The translations under genes were made by a program, and so were the position numbers. A stretch of 64,000 bases of DNA from Neptunomonas sp. (lineage in GTDB: Bacteria; Pseudomonadota; Gammaproteobacteria; Pseudomonadales; Balneatricaceae): contig JAWUYS010000002.1 of NCBI GenBank assembly GCA_034110685.1, positions 6,692-70,691 on the forward strand, read 5' to 3'. Positions 52,503 to 62,662 of the stretch are shown here, in pieces (position 1 is the stretch's first letter; each line of letters opens with the position of its first letter). A model generated the notes under the pieces. That model was not told where the DNA came from and did no database searches. It was given only the letters and a program-made list of their open reading frames with translations.

Positions 52503-52504
52503 CC

Positions 52505-54421
52505 ATGTCTCAATTTGAACGTTTAAAAGATCACTCTCAGGAAAGCCGGACTTTTTGTTTTCGTGCGCTTCTGGCCTTTATGATTGTATTGCTATTAATA
52601 GGTGTGCTACTAGGCAGGCTCTATTACTTGCAGGTAATGCAATATGATCGCTATGCCGCTATGTCTGAAAAAAATCGTGTGCAGTTACAACCTGTTGCGC
52701 CTACACGAGGACTTATCTATGACACGAATGGGGTTTTGCTTGCGGATAACCGCCCCAGCTACAGTGTCACTCTTCTTAAAGAAGAAGTAGGCAAGGAACT
52801 CGATGCGACACTTGCAGAGCTGCAGCGCATTATCGAAATCAGCGATAAAGATATCGAACGCTTTAAAAAGCGTCTTAAGCAACGACGACGCCCTTATGAA
52901 ACGGTGCCAGTAAGGTTTCGTTTAACAGAAGAAGAAATTGCCAAGCTTGCGATTAATTATCACCGCCTACCCGGAGTGCAGGTAGAGGCAGATCTCATTC
53001 GTTATTACCCGTATGGTGAAAGTTTGGTGCATGCCATGGGTTATGTTGGGCGTATAAACGAAAAAGAACTAAAAGCCTCTGATCCTAAGGCATATGCTGG
53101 TACGCACTACATCGGAAAGCTTGGTGTTGAGAAGTTTTATGAGTCGATATTGCATGGCTCGGTAGGCATGCAGAAAGTAGAAACCAATGCGCGGGGACGT
53201 GTTATGAGGGTTCTTGAGCGTACCGACCCTATTCCTGGTAAGGATTTACAGTTACATATTGATCTTAAATTACAGCAGATAACAGAGAAGCTAGTACAGG
53301 GCGAGAAAGCATCTATTGTTGCTATAGACCCTGCTACCGGAGGTATCTTGGCACTGGTGTCAACTCCAGGTTATGACCCGAACTTGTTTGTGACAGGCAT
53401 TTCTACCAAGGATTACAGTGCGTTACGAGACTCACCTGACCTGCCGCTATTTAATCGTGCATTACGTGGTCGTTACCCCCCAGGGTCAACTATTAAACCT
53501 GTTATCGGTTTGGCTGCGATTGATTCAGAATCGGTGCCGCCAACACATTCTGTTTGGGATCCTGGCTTTTTTACGTTAACTAAAGGCGGACGTAAATATC
53601 GTGACTGGAAGCGTGGAGGCCATGGTAAGGTCAATATGAAGCTGGCATTCGCACAATCCTGCGATGTTTGGTTTTATGATGCCGGTTATCGAATGGGCGT
53701 TGACCCTATGTCTGACTATCTAGGACGTTTTGGTTTTGGGCGGGTAACCAGTTTGGACTTGCCTGAAGCATTAGCGGCTATTCTTCCTTCAAGAGAGTGG
53801 AAACGCAGGGCTAGAAAGCTTCCTTGGTATCCTGGTGATTCTTTAAATCTGAGTATTGGACAAGGTTTTTTGCTAACGACTCCTTTACAGCTAGCAACGG
53901 CTGCTACTGTTTTAGCAAATCGTGGCAAATGGGTGCAACCTAAACTCCTTAAGGGTATTCGTGATAAGGATGATGAGGGCAAAGTTCGTATCAAAATGCC
54001 GGAAATTCCTAATGCAAACTCTTACCCAAAAGATGTTGAACTTACACACCCTGAGTATTGGGAATTGATCGTCGATAATATGGTTGAAGTTGTACATGGT
54101 AAACGTGGTACTGCTCGAAAAATTGGTTTAGATGCGCAATATACAATCGCTGGTAAAACAGGTACTGCGCAAGTTGTGGGTATAAAGCAAGATGAGCGAT
54201 ATGATGCCAGTGCGCTATCAAAACGGTTTCATGACCATGCACTGTTTTTAGCATTTGCTCCCGCGGACAAGCCGCGGATTGCATTAGCGGTCATTGTTGA
54301 AAATGGTGGTGGTGGATCCAGTACAGCAGCACCTTTGGCGAGAAAGGTAATGGATGCTTACCTGTTGGGAGTAGATCCTACTGCAAAAGAAGACGTAGCT
54401 TTAGGGAGCGCGCATGAGTAG
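52505..54421 (+). CDS. mrdA: Penicillin-binding protein 2
   Basis: PTRGLI, SxxK (GSTIK), SCD and KTG; start at ATG 52505 directly after rlmH. Confidence 0.97.
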   Translation: MSQFERLKDHSQESRTFCFRALLAFMIVLLLIGVLLGRLYYLQVMQYDRYAAMSEKNRVQLQPVAPTRGLIYDTNGVLLADNRPSYSVTLLKEEVGKELDATLAELQRIIEISDKDIERFKKRLKQRRRPYETVPVRFRLTEEEIAKLAINYHRLPGVQVEADLIRYYPYGESLVHAMGYVGRINEKELKASDPKAYAGTHYIGKLGVEKFYESILHGSVGMQKVETNARGRVMRVLERTDPIPGKDLQLHIDLKLQQITEKLVQGEKASIVAIDPATGGILALVSTPGYDPNLFVTGISTKDYSALRDSPDLPLFNRALRGRYPPGSTIKPVIGLAAIDSESVPPTHSVWDPGFFTLTKGGRKYRDWKRGGHGKVNMKLAFAQSCDVWFYDAGYRMGVDPMSDYLGRFGFGRVTSLDLPEALAAILPSREWKRRARKLPWYPGDSLNLSIGQGFLLTTPLQLATAATVLANRGKWVQPKLLKGIRDKDDEGKVRIKMPEIPNANSYPKDVELTHPEYWELIVDNMVEVVHGKRGTARKIGLDAQYTIAGKTGTAQVVGIKQDERYDASALSKRFHDHALFLAFAPADKPRIALAVIVENGGGGSSTAAPLARKVMDAYLLGVDPTAKEDVALGSAHE

Positions 54422-55556
54422 TCGTGATTTTGAACGCTCTATGCCTGAGGCAGGACATCATTTGCGTCGTAAGAAAGGCTGGTGGAGTTATACCCATCTA
54501 GATGCTTGGATGTTGTTTTTTCTATTTTTATTATGCTCTTTTGGTTTGTTCGTACTCTATAGCGCGTCCGGGCAAGATGTAGATTACGTGATACGCCAAG
54601 CCGTGCGTATTGGTGCTGGTTTTCTAGTGCTAGTAGTGTTGGCTCAATTTAGCCCACGAATTCTAATTCGTTGGGCGCCGTGGGTGTATGCCGCCGGCGT
54701 TATTTTGCTATTAGCGGTTATGTTTTTCGGCGTAGGGGCGAAAGGTGCGCAGCGTTGGATTGCATTGCCTGGATTTCGTTTTCAGCCATCTGAAGTAATG
54801 AAATTAATATTGCCGTTAATGATTGCTTGCTACATAGCAGGACGCTCTTTACCGCCAAGTTTTAAGCATTGTATTGTCAGTCTGGTGTTAATAGGGCTGC
54901 CAACCGTATTGATTATGAAACAGCCCGATTTAGGAACCTCGCTATTGATTGCAGCATCAGGGGTTTTTGTTATGCTTTTTTCGGGCATCCGTTGGCGTTA
55001 TATTTTAGGCGCACTTGGGGTTGCAGCAGCTGCTTTGCCGGGTTTATGGATGGTTATGAAGGACTATCAAAGGCAAAGGGTGTTGACCTTTCTTGATCCT
55101 GAGAGTGATCCGCTTGGATCTGGTTGGAATATTATCCAGTCTAAAACAGCTATAGGTTCTGGTGGCACTTGGGGTAAGGGTTGGTTGGGTGGTACTCAAT
55201 CACAGTTGGATTTTTTGCCTGAGTCACACACCGACTTTATTATTGCAGTGATTGCTGAAGAGCTAGGTTTGTTTGGTGTTTTGTTATTGTTGAGCCTTTA
55301 TATATTGATTATTGGTCGAGGTTTATGGATGGCAACACGCGTGCCTGATAGTTTTGGACGTCTTGTCGCGGGCAGTATTGTCCTGACTTTTTTCGTTTAT
55401 GTTTTTGTAAATATTGGTATGGTTAGTGGCTTATTGCCTGTAGTAGGTGTGCCGTTACCGATGATTAGTTATGGTGGAACGTCTATTGTTACATTGATGG
55501 CGGGTTTTGGGATTTTGATGTCAGTACATAGTCATAAGCAGATGGTGATGAGGTAG
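54414..55556 (+). CDS. rodA: Rod shape-determining protein RodA (SEDS family)
   Basis: GAQRW, FQPSE, QPDLGT, LPESHTDF and GVPLP.ISYGG. Confidence 0.97.
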   Translation: MSSRDFERSMPEAGHHLRRKKGWWSYTHLDAWMLFFLFLLCSFGLFVLYSASGQDVDYVIRQAVRIGAGFLVLVVLAQFSPRILIRWAPWVYAAGVILLLAVMFFGVGAKGAQRWIALPGFRFQPSEVMKLILPLMIACYIAGRSLPPSFKHCIVSLVLIGLPTVLIMKQPDLGTSLLIAASGVFVMLFSGIRWRYILGALGVAAAALPGLWMVMKDYQRQRVLTFLDPESDPLGSGWNIIQSKTAIGSGGTWGKGWLGGTQSQLDFLPESHTDFIIAVIAEELGLFGVLLLLSLYILIIGRGLWMATRVPDSFGRLVAGSIVLTFFVYVFVNIGMVSGLLPVVGVPLPMISYGGTSIVTLMAGFGILMSVHSHKQMVMR

Positions 55557-55564
55557 TTACGCAG

Positions 55565-56563
55565 ATGAAATTGAGTTGGAAAATATTGGCCACACTGATG
55601 CTGAGTTTATGCATGAATAGCATTGCTTTTGGGAGTAATGCTGCTGGTTATAGTGGCCATCCCGAAGCCGAAAAATGGCTACACGAGATGGAAGCCGAAG
55701 CGTTTTCTGAAAGCTATTTACGCTCAATTCTGGCGAGTGCTAAAAAGAAAGACTCAATACTAAAAGCGATGAACCGTCCTGCTGAAAAGCGTCTTGATTG
55801 GGGGGGGTATCGTAAACTCTTCATACAGCCAAAACGTATCACTCGCGGTGTCGATTTTTGGAATAAGCATGCAGAAACTCTTCATCGTGCAGAGCAAGTA
55901 TACGGTGTTCCAGCAGAGGTGATTGTTTCAATTATTGGTATAGAAACACACTATGGGCGTAACACGGGTAATTTTAGAGCGCTAGATGCCTTGGCGACTC
56001 TAGGTTTTGATTATCCTCGTCGAGCTACATTTTTCCAAAGCCAATTAAAAGATCTTTTGGTATTGGCGAGAAACGAAAACATTGATGTTACAAAACTAAA
56101 AAGCTCCTATGCCGGTGCTATGGGATATGGGCAGTTTATGCCATCTAGCTTCCTTGCCTATGCTGTAGATTTTGACCGCGATGGTAAAAAAGATCTATGG
56201 AATAATCCGGTAGATGCGATTGGTAGTGTGGCTAATTACTTCTTGAAACACGGTTGGGAGCCTAAAGGAGTGGTTGTTTCTGCCGTTGAATTAGAGCATG
56301 CCTTACCTGATGACTTTATTAATACCGGTAAGAAACCGGACCGTCCGCTGGTTGAATGGAAAGCATCGGGTGTCAGTATTGATCAGAGTCATGAGGGGCA
56401 CTTACCCGCTGTTTTATTACGGATGAAAGATCAAGATAAAGCCTCTTATTGGCTGGGATACAATAATTATTATGTCATTACTCGATATAACCGTAGCCGT
56501 TTGTATGCGATGGCGGTGTTGCAGTTGAGTGAAGAGATAAAAGCTAAGAAACTGTCTAAGTAA
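55565..56563 (+). CDS. mltB: Lytic murein transglycosylase B (MltB/SltB1 type)
   Basis: IGIETHYG, SYAGAMGYGQFMPSSF, DFDRDGKKD (EF hand) and ITRYN. Confidence 0.95.
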   Translation: MKLSWKILATLMLSLCMNSIAFGSNAAGYSGHPEAEKWLHEMEAEAFSESYLRSILASAKKKDSILKAMNRPAEKRLDWGGYRKLFIQPKRITRGVDFWNKHAETLHRAEQVYGVPAEVIVSIIGIETHYGRNTGNFRALDALATLGFDYPRRATFFQSQLKDLLVLARNENIDVTKLKSSYAGAMGYGQFMPSSFLAYAVDFDRDGKKDLWNNPVDAIGSVANYFLKHGWEPKGVVVSAVELEHALPDDFINTGKKPDRPLVEWKASGVSIDQSHEGHLPAVLLRMKDQDKASYWLGYNNYYVITRYNRSRLYAMAVLQLSEEIKAKKLSK

Positions 56564-56602
56564 AGATCAATTAAACGATCTAACATGAAAGGTTAGTGTT
56601 GA

Positions 56603-57478
56603 ATGAAAATTATGATATTGGCGCTTTCAATTGCTGCCTTGTTGCTAAGTGGTTGCACAAGTACGAGTAAGTCTAGTAGTGGTAGTCGTTACAGTATTAA
56701 AAACGATCATGGGCCCTCTGCCCCTGTTGATGTTTCGAATGTTCCTGATGCGGTTCCTAAAGTTGAACCAAAAAGCCGTGGAGGCAATAAAAGTACCTAT
56801 AAAGTTTTAGGGAAGCGCTATTCGGTACTTTCTGCATCAGATGGCTACCGCGAGACAGGCGGGGCTTCTTGGTACGGTAATAAGTTTCATGGCCATTTGA
56901 CCTCTAATGGCGAAACTTATGATATGTATAAAATGACCGCTGCACACAAATCGCTACCGATCCCGACGTATGTCAAAGTGACTAATTTGAAAAATGGACG
57001 CCAAGTCATAGTGCGTGTGAATGATCGTGGTCCTTTTCATAAAGGCAGAATTATAGATCTGTCCTATGCTGCTGCTTCAAAGTTAGGCATGTTGCGAAGT
57101 GGTACTGCTCGTGTTGAAGTGGAGGCTATTAATCCAGTCACCTGGAATGCGTCAAAAGTGATTGCTTCAAGTACTACAAAAATAGTACCAGCTACACTAC
57201 CAAAACCACCAAGTACTAATGTATCGAATAAAAGCTTATTGGCGGCCGGAAGCTATTTACAAGTAGGGGCGTATTCACTTGAAGCATCTGCTCGTAAAGT
57301 GGCTAATCAATTAGATAATGAATTTACAATTGCGGCTCATGTGAATAATCTAGAGCGCGTCAGCGGAAGCCTATATCGTGTATTACTGGGGCCTATGGTT
57401 GATCGTGCTGAGGCAGATAATATGATTGAAAAACTGACTCAAAGAGGGTTTCTTGGAGCGCATCTGGTAAACTTCTAA
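56603..57478 (+). CDS. rlpA: Septal lytic transglycosylase lipoprotein RlpA
   Basis: Lipobox LLSGC; [13 protein letters not shown] and VNDRGPF (DPBB); C-terminal SPOR (LQVGAY). Confidence 0.96.
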   Translation: MKIMILALSIAALLLSGCTSTSKSSSGSRYSIKNDHGPSAPVDVSNVPDAVPKVEPKSRGGNKSTYKVLGKRYSVLSASDGYRETGGASWYGNKFHGHLTSNGETYDMYKMTAAHKSLPIPTYVKVTNLKNGRQVIVRVNDRGPFHKGRIIDLSYAAASKLGMLRSGTARVEVEAINPVTWNASKVIASSTTKIVPATLPKPPSTNVSNKSLLAAGSYLQVGAYSLEASARKVANQLDNEFTIAAHVNNLERVSGSLYRVLLGPMVDRAEADNMIEKLTQRGFLGAHLVNF

Positions 57479-57582
57479 ATTAACGTGATATATCCCTATA
57501 AAATATAAAGTTGAGTAGAACTAAATTTTAGTATTAACGTCTACTCTCGAAATAAATTAGCATACCTATTCAGGAATTTACT

Positions 57583-58740
57583 GTGCAAAGACTGCAGACA
57601 GCCTTTTTAACTTTTCTATTCCTTTTTCTAAGCGTTGGACAACTACAAGCAGCGACTGCGCTGATCCCTTCTGCACCACAGATTTCGGCTACTTCATATC
57701 TAGTAATGGATGCTGATACTGGGAAGTTAATCTTATCCAGCAGATCTGATGAGCGTTTTGCACCTGCAAGCTTAACAAAGATGATGACTAGCTATCTTGT
57801 TGAATATGAACTGGACAAAGGGAATATCAGTAAAGATGACCTAGTATTGGTAAGCGAGAAAGCCTGGAGAACTCCCGGTTCACGTATGTTTATCAAAGAG
57901 GGGACGCAGGTTAAATTAGATGACCTATTAAAGGGAATTATTATCCAGTCGGGTAACGATGCCTCCGTTGCCGTTGCTGAACATATTGCGGGAAGCGAGT
58001 CTGCGTTTGCCGATTTGATGAATCAACATGCAAAACTGCTAGGTATGAATAATACGCACTTTAATAATGCAACTGGTTTGCCCGCTGAAGGTCATTTCTC
58101 AACAGCGAAAGATTTGGCTATCTTGGCAAAAGCAATTATTCAGAAGTTTCCTGAGCATTATGGTATTTACTCTGAAAAATACTTTACCTATAACAATATC
58201 CGCCAGCCAAATCGTAACAAGTTACTTTGGCGTGACCGCACCGTTGATGGCATAAAAACAGGTCACACGGATGAAGCAGGGTATTGCTTGGTTGCCTCGG
58301 CAAAACGTGACGGTATGCGTTTAATATCTGTTGTTATGGGCACCAGCAGTGAAGAAGCACGAGCGCAAGAAAGCCAAAAAGTATTGGCTTATGCATTTCG
58401 TTACTTCCGTACGCACAAACTTTATGGATCCGATGAAATTCTTAATACGGCCAAAGTATGGGGCGGTATTCAGGATCAGGTTCGTTTGGGTCTTGATGAG
58501 TCATTAGCAGTCACCATCCCTAGAGGCCAAGCTGATCAGCTGAATGCAACAATGGATGTTGATAAAGTTATTAAAGCACCTGTTGTCAAAGGGCAGGAGT
58601 ACGGTGCCGTTCGTGTAACTTTAAATGGTGAAGATGTTATTAGGGTGCCGCTTGTTGCAATGGAAAATGTAGAGGAAGGTGGCATACTGAAGCAGATATG
58701 GCATACCATTATGTTATTCTTTATGAGCTTGATTAGCTGA
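57583..58740 (+). CDS. dacA: D-Ala-D-Ala carboxypeptidase (PBP5/6 type)
   Basis: PASLTK, SGNDA and KTGHT; GTG start. Confidence 0.93.
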   Translation: MQRLQTAFLTFLFLFLSVGQLQAATALIPSAPQISATSYLVMDADTGKLILSSRSDERFAPASLTKMMTSYLVEYELDKGNISKDDLVLVSEKAWRTPGSRMFIKEGTQVKLDDLLKGIIIQSGNDASVAVAEHIAGSESAFADLMNQHAKLLGMNNTHFNNATGLPAEGHFSTAKDLAILAKAIIQKFPEHYGIYSEKYFTYNNIRQPNRNKLLWRDRTVDGIKTGHTDEAGYCLVASAKRDGMRLISVVMGTSSEEARAQESQKVLAYAFRYFRTHKLYGSDEILNTAKVWGGIQDQVRLGLDESLAVTIPRGQADQLNATMDVDKVIKAPVVKGQEYGAVRVTLNGEDVIRVPLVAMENVEEGGILKQIWHTIMLFFMSLIS

Positions 58741-58784
58741 CAGTTGATTAGCTGCTAACTCTTCATTGAGTTAGATTTCTACAT

Positions 58785-58811
58785 AAGCTCACATTTTTGA
58801 TGTGGGCTTTT
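58785..58811 (+). terminator. Probable intrinsic terminator after dac
   Basis: AAGCTCACAT-TTTTG-ATGTGGGCTTTT. Confidence 0.6.
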
Positions 58812-58825
58812 GTGTTTTGGTGACA

Positions 58826-59680
58826 ATGGATACAGTGTATTTAAATGGGGAGTATATCCCTGCTGATCAAGCCACAGTGTCAGTATTTGATCGTGGCTTC
58901 TTATTCAGCGACAGTGTTTATGAGGTTATTCCTTTTTATCAGGGAGTAGGCTTTAGGCTGGAAGAGCACTTGCAGCGTTTAGAGCACAGCCTACGTGCAT
59001 TGCGTATTGAGCTGGAGTTTGACTGGGTGTCTACATTAAGCCGCTTAGTTGAGTTAAATGGTGGAGGTAATCTGTCCGTTTATCTACAAGTAACGCGCGG
59101 TAGTGCCGGCAAACGTGTTCATGCCATTGATCATAACTTAAAGCCAACCGTGTTTGCGTGCTGTCAGCCAATTCGGGATGTTTATCAAGAAGGTGCTGAT
59201 AAAGTTGAAGGTATAAAGGTCATTGTTACAGCAGACCTTCGCTGGCATCGTTGTGATATAAAGTCGACCTGTTTATTGCCTAATATTCTTGTGTTGCAGC
59301 AGGCCCGAGAGTTAGGTGCTCAAGAAGCGATATTGCAACGTGATGGGGCGCTGACTGAAGGCGCGAGCTGTAATTTTTTTATTGTAGAGCAGGGTGTTCT
59401 TTATACGCCGCCGATTGGAACAGAGATATTGAGCGGTACAACGCGTGCACTTATTTTAGAGTTAGCTGATAAAAATGGAATTCCACGTCAAGAGATGGAA
59501 ATCGATTACCAGCGACTTATTCAGGCTGATGAAGTTTGGATTTCGAGTTCAACAAGAGCCATTGTGCCTGTAGTGCAGATAGATGATTATGTGGTTGGAG
59601 ATGGTCAAAAGGGTCTTCTCTGGCAGCGTATGTTCGAAATTTTTACTCGTTATCAGCATCAATTGATGACGGGGGAGTAA
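58826..59680 (+). CDS. dat: PLP fold-IV aminotransferase, D-amino-acid aminotransferase type
   Basis: DRGFLFSDSVYEV, QVTRG...R.H, CDIKS (PLP lysine), EGASCN and ILSGTTR; start at ATG 58826. Confidence 0.8.
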   Translation: MDTVYLNGEYIPADQATVSVFDRGFLFSDSVYEVIPFYQGVGFRLEEHLQRLEHSLRALRIELEFDWVSTLSRLVELNGGGNLSVYLQVTRGSAGKRVHAIDHNLKPTVFACCQPIRDVYQEGADKVEGIKVIVTADLRWHRCDIKSTCLLPNILVLQQARELGAQEAILQRDGALTEGASCNFFIVEQGVLYTPPIGTEILSGTTRALILELADKNGIPRQEMEIDYQRLIQADEVWISSSTRAIVPVVQIDDYVVGDGQKGLLWQRMFEIFTRYQHQLMTGE

Positions 59681-59682
59681 TT

Positions 59683-59988
59683 ATGAGTCAAGAGCAACCA
59701 CCAAAAGTACAAACAGTAACAGAAGCACAACCGCCAAAAATTGAATTTCCTTGCCCTGATTATCCGATTAAAGTCGTCGGCAAAAATGCTGATGATTTTC
59801 AATCGTTTGTTGTTGAAGTGATGCGAGTGCATGTGCCCGATTTAGACGTGAGTCGGATTACTATTCAAGACAGTAAGAAAGGGACATTCAGGTCTATCAG
59901 AATGTTCATTACGGCCACCGGAGAAGAGCAGCTTAAGAGCTTGCACGAAGAGCTGATTGCTTCAGATCGTGTGCATATAGTGATCTGA
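59683..59988 (+). CDS. ybeD: YbeD/DUF493-family protein
   Basis: [13 protein letters not shown] and SKKGTF.S; upstream of lipB. Confidence 0.92.
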   Translation: MSQEQPPKVQTVTEAQPPKIEFPCPDYPIKVVGKNADDFQSFVVEVMRVHVPDLDVSRITIQDSKKGTFRSIRMFITATGEEQLKSLHEELIASDRVHIVI

Positions 59989-60644
59989 TGAGTACCGATA
60001 ATAAGTTGGTTATTCGCGATCTGGGCATTCAGCCGTATGAGCCTATATGGCAAAAGATGCAGGCTTTTACTGATCAGCGAAATTCAGAAACCTCTGATGA
60101 AATATGGGTTCTGCAGCATGAACCAGTATTTACGCAAGGTCAGGCTGGTAAAGAAGAGCATTTGCTTTTAACGGGTGATATTCCTGTAGTGAAGGTCGAT
60201 CGAGGTGGGCAGGTTACTTACCATGGTCCTGGGCAGCTAGTTATTTATCTGCTGCTAGATCTTCGCAGAAATAAGCTCGGTGTGCGTGATGTTGTGACTC
60301 TCATGGAAACGGGAGTCATCAATACATTGCAGCACTTTGGTGTAAAGGCTTATGCAAAGCCTGATGCGCCAGGTGTTTATGTTGACCAAGCCAAGATAGC
60401 CTCGCTTGGCCTGCGTGTTCGGCGAGGTTGCACATTTCACGGTCTCGCTTTAAATCTTAATATGGACCTAGAACCGTTTTTAAGAATTAACCCGTGTGGT
60501 TATGCTGGCATGCAAATGACGCAACTATGTTCCTTAGTTAGTGATGCGGATCCGCATCAAGCAACCCAATGGCTTGTGAATTACTTGACTAAAGAAATAG
60601 GTTATAATTCCATATCATATCAAACTTCCTTGGACTCACAATAA
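59988..60644 (+). CDS. lipB: Octanoyltransferase LipB
   Basis: [33 protein letters not shown] and INPCG. Confidence 0.98.
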   Translation: MSTDNKLVIRDLGIQPYEPIWQKMQAFTDQRNSETSDEIWVLQHEPVFTQGQAGKEEHLLLTGDIPVVKVDRGGQVTYHGPGQLVIYLLLDLRRNKLGVRDVVTLMETGVINTLQHFGVKAYAKPDAPGVYVDQAKIASLGLRVRRGCTFHGLALNLNMDLEPFLRINPCGYAGMQMTQLCSLVSDADPHQATQWLVNYLTKEIGYNSISYQTSLDSQ

Positions 60645-60645
60645 T

Positions 60646-61629
60646 ATGGCGAACAGTTCCGATAAAGCCTCTTCAGTAGTGAAGGTGGAACAGGGTGTTA
60701 AATTACGTGGTGCTGAAAAAATGGCACGTATCCCTATCAAAGTAATCCCGACAGAAAAGGATGAAATGCCTCGTAAGCCTGCATGGCTGCGTGTTCGCAT
60801 GGGATCAAACAAGGAAGTAAAAAAGATCAAAGATAAGCTTCGCCAGCATAACTTATCTTCTGTTTGTGAAGAAGCGAGCTGCCCAAATATAGGCGAGTGC
60901 TTCACTAACGGAACAGCTACTTTCATGGTTATGGGTGATATCTGCACACGTCGTTGTCCATTCTGTGATGTGGCACACGGTCGCCCTAATGCACTGGCTG
61001 AAAACGAGCCAAGAGAGCTAGCCGTAGCCATTACAGATATGGGCTTGCGTTATGTTGTTATTACATCAGTGGACCGTGATGATCTGCGTGATGGCGGTGC
61101 ACAGCATATTGCGAACTGTATTTCTGAAACGCGTCAGCGCTCTTCGACCATCCAGATCGAAACACTGGTACCGGACTTCAGAGGACGTATGGAAGTAGCA
61201 CTGGATATTCTAAGTGCTACACCACCAGACGTGTTTAATCATAACCTTGAGACAGTGCCTCGCTTGTATCGTAAAGTGCGCCCAGGTGCCGACTATCAGT
61301 GGTCGTTGGATCTGCTTAAAGGTTTTAAAGAAAAATGCCCTGATGTTCGTACCAAGTCTGGTTTGATGGTCGGTGTGGGTGAGACCAATGAAGAAATTAT
61401 TGAAGTCTTAAAAGACTTGCGTGCTCATAATGTCAATATGCTGACTATTGGTCAGTACTTGCAGCCTAGTCGTAACCATTTACCGGTTGATCGCTTTGTG
61501 ACTCCTGAAGAATTTGATGAGTTTGGACGTGTGGCCAAAGAACTCGGCTTTAGCCAGGTTGCTAGTGGCCCACTGGTTCGCTCTTCTTATCATGCTGATT
61601 TACAAGCCCAGGGTGAAAAGGTCGGCTAG
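60646..61629 (+). CDS. lipA: Lipoyl synthase
   Basis: [20 protein letters not shown] and VRSSYHA. Confidence 0.99.
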   Translation: MANSSDKASSVVKVEQGVKLRGAEKMARIPIKVIPTEKDEMPRKPAWLRVRMGSNKEVKKIKDKLRQHNLSSVCEEASCPNIGECFTNGTATFMVMGDICTRRCPFCDVAHGRPNALAENEPRELAVAITDMGLRYVVITSVDRDDLRDGGAQHIANCISETRQRSSTIQIETLVPDFRGRMEVALDILSATPPDVFNHNLETVPRLYRKVRPGADYQWSLDLLKGFKEKCPDVRTKSGLMVGVGETNEEIIEVLKDLRAHNVNMLTIGQYLQPSRNHLPVDRFVTPEEFDEFGRVAKELGFSQVASGPLVRSSYHADLQAQGEKVG

Positions 61630-61665
61630 AAAGGTCGATTTACTTCTCTGCGTCAATGCTGATAT

Positions 61666-61695
61666 AACAGATGCTGCAAAAGCAGTATCTGTTTT
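61666..61695 (+). terminator. Probable intrinsic terminator after lipA
   Basis: AACAGATGCTGC-AAAA-GCAGTATCTGTTTT. Confidence 0.7.
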
Positions 61696-61792
61696 ACTCT
61701 ACTTAACTACCTCTCATAAAGCTTAATGAACCTCTTCCTATAGTGGTATTTACTGATATAATTATATTAGTAAATTCTTATATGGAGGTGTT

Positions 61793-62233
61793 ATGTCTGT
61801 TACTAAAACGGTTCGTGTTGAAGCTCAGATGGGTGATTCATTTCGTGTTCAATCTGATATTCGTGGCCATAAAGTTATTATTGACCAGCCCGCTGCCGGC
61901 GGCGGTACCGATGAAGGGCCGACTCCTTTAGAATATTTTCTTTTTTCTCTGGCAGGTTGTGTTGCAACCATTGGGCGCGTTGCAGCTAAGCAGCAAAAGA
62001 TTGATCTACGTAGTTTTTCAGTGTCTGTAGAAGCGGATTATGATCCAGCAGGTTTGCTAGGAAAGCCAACAGATAACCGTTCTGGTTTTCAGGTAGTACG
62101 TGTAACTGCAGAGATTGATGCGCAGTTATCATCAACTGAGAAACAAGCATTTCTTGATGAAGTGTGTGATCGTTGTCCATTGCATGACAATATTAAGCTG
62201 GCAACTGAAGTAGTGCATACGCTGGCCGAGTAA
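61793..62233 (+). CDS. OsmC/Ohr-family protein
   Basis: IDQP..GG.D.GPTPLE.FL.SLAGC...RCPLH with the two family cysteines; GGAGG RBS. Confidence 0.9.
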   Translation: MSVTKTVRVEAQMGDSFRVQSDIRGHKVIIDQPAAGGGTDEGPTPLEYFLFSLAGCVATIGRVAAKQQKIDLRSFSVSVEADYDPAGLLGKPTDNRSGFQVVRVTAEIDAQLSSTEKQAFLDEVCDRCPLHDNIKLATEVVHTLAE

Positions 62234-62254
62234 AATGCATTAGGTCAGAGTTGC

Positions 62255-62596
62255 TTATTCTGACCTATTATTTCTCGGTGTTTTCTGTATTTCTACCACA
62301 TACTCTGCAATAGCGTCCGCCTGTTCATCGGATAACTGGTCAAATACAGGCATGGTATGGCCCATGCTGTAGCCATGTTTAATCATCAGAACAATTTCAT
62401 AGCTGGCCATCTTTTTGCGGTTTTCGGGTAAGTGTTCATACATAGCACCGACATCATTTTTAATATGGCATTGCATACAGTAATAACTGTAAAGCTGGTC
62501 GCCTTGCTTTAGTTTTAAGGGACTTTCTTCAGCGCAGCCCGATAAAAAAATAGATGAGAGTAGTAGAGAGCATATCTGAGAAGCACAGTTCTTCAA
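62255..62596 (-). CDS. Monoheme cytochrome c lipoprotein
   Basis: Lipobox FLSGC, CMQCH heme motif and distal MP; TTG start. Confidence 0.85.
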   Translation of the reverse strand: MKNCASQICSLLLSSIFLSGCAEESPLKLKQGDQLYSYYCMQCHIKNDVGAMYEHLPENRKKMASYEIVLMIKHGYSMGHTMPVFDQLSDEQADAIAEYVVEIQKTPRNNRSE

Positions 62597-62662
62597 GAGT
62601 GACTCCGGCTTGTTATGATGCTGCCTATCAGTGTAGTTTATTCGTTACTTAAACGCAGAGTA

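Noticed and set aside
52394-52504. N-terminal extensions in the ORF track for mrdA (also dnaK, hom, cpdA, nadD, dat)
   Set aside because: They overlap upstream genes or terminators or precede the RBS; downstream starts fit the family N-termini better.
57513-57546. Hairpin GAGTAGA/TCTACTC upstream of dac
   Set aside because: Short and AT-rich with no further support for a regulatory RNA.
58729-58754. Direct repeat TTGATTAGCTG twice at the end of dac
   Set aside because: Only two 11-bp copies; most likely a local micro-duplication, not a CRISPR or an array.
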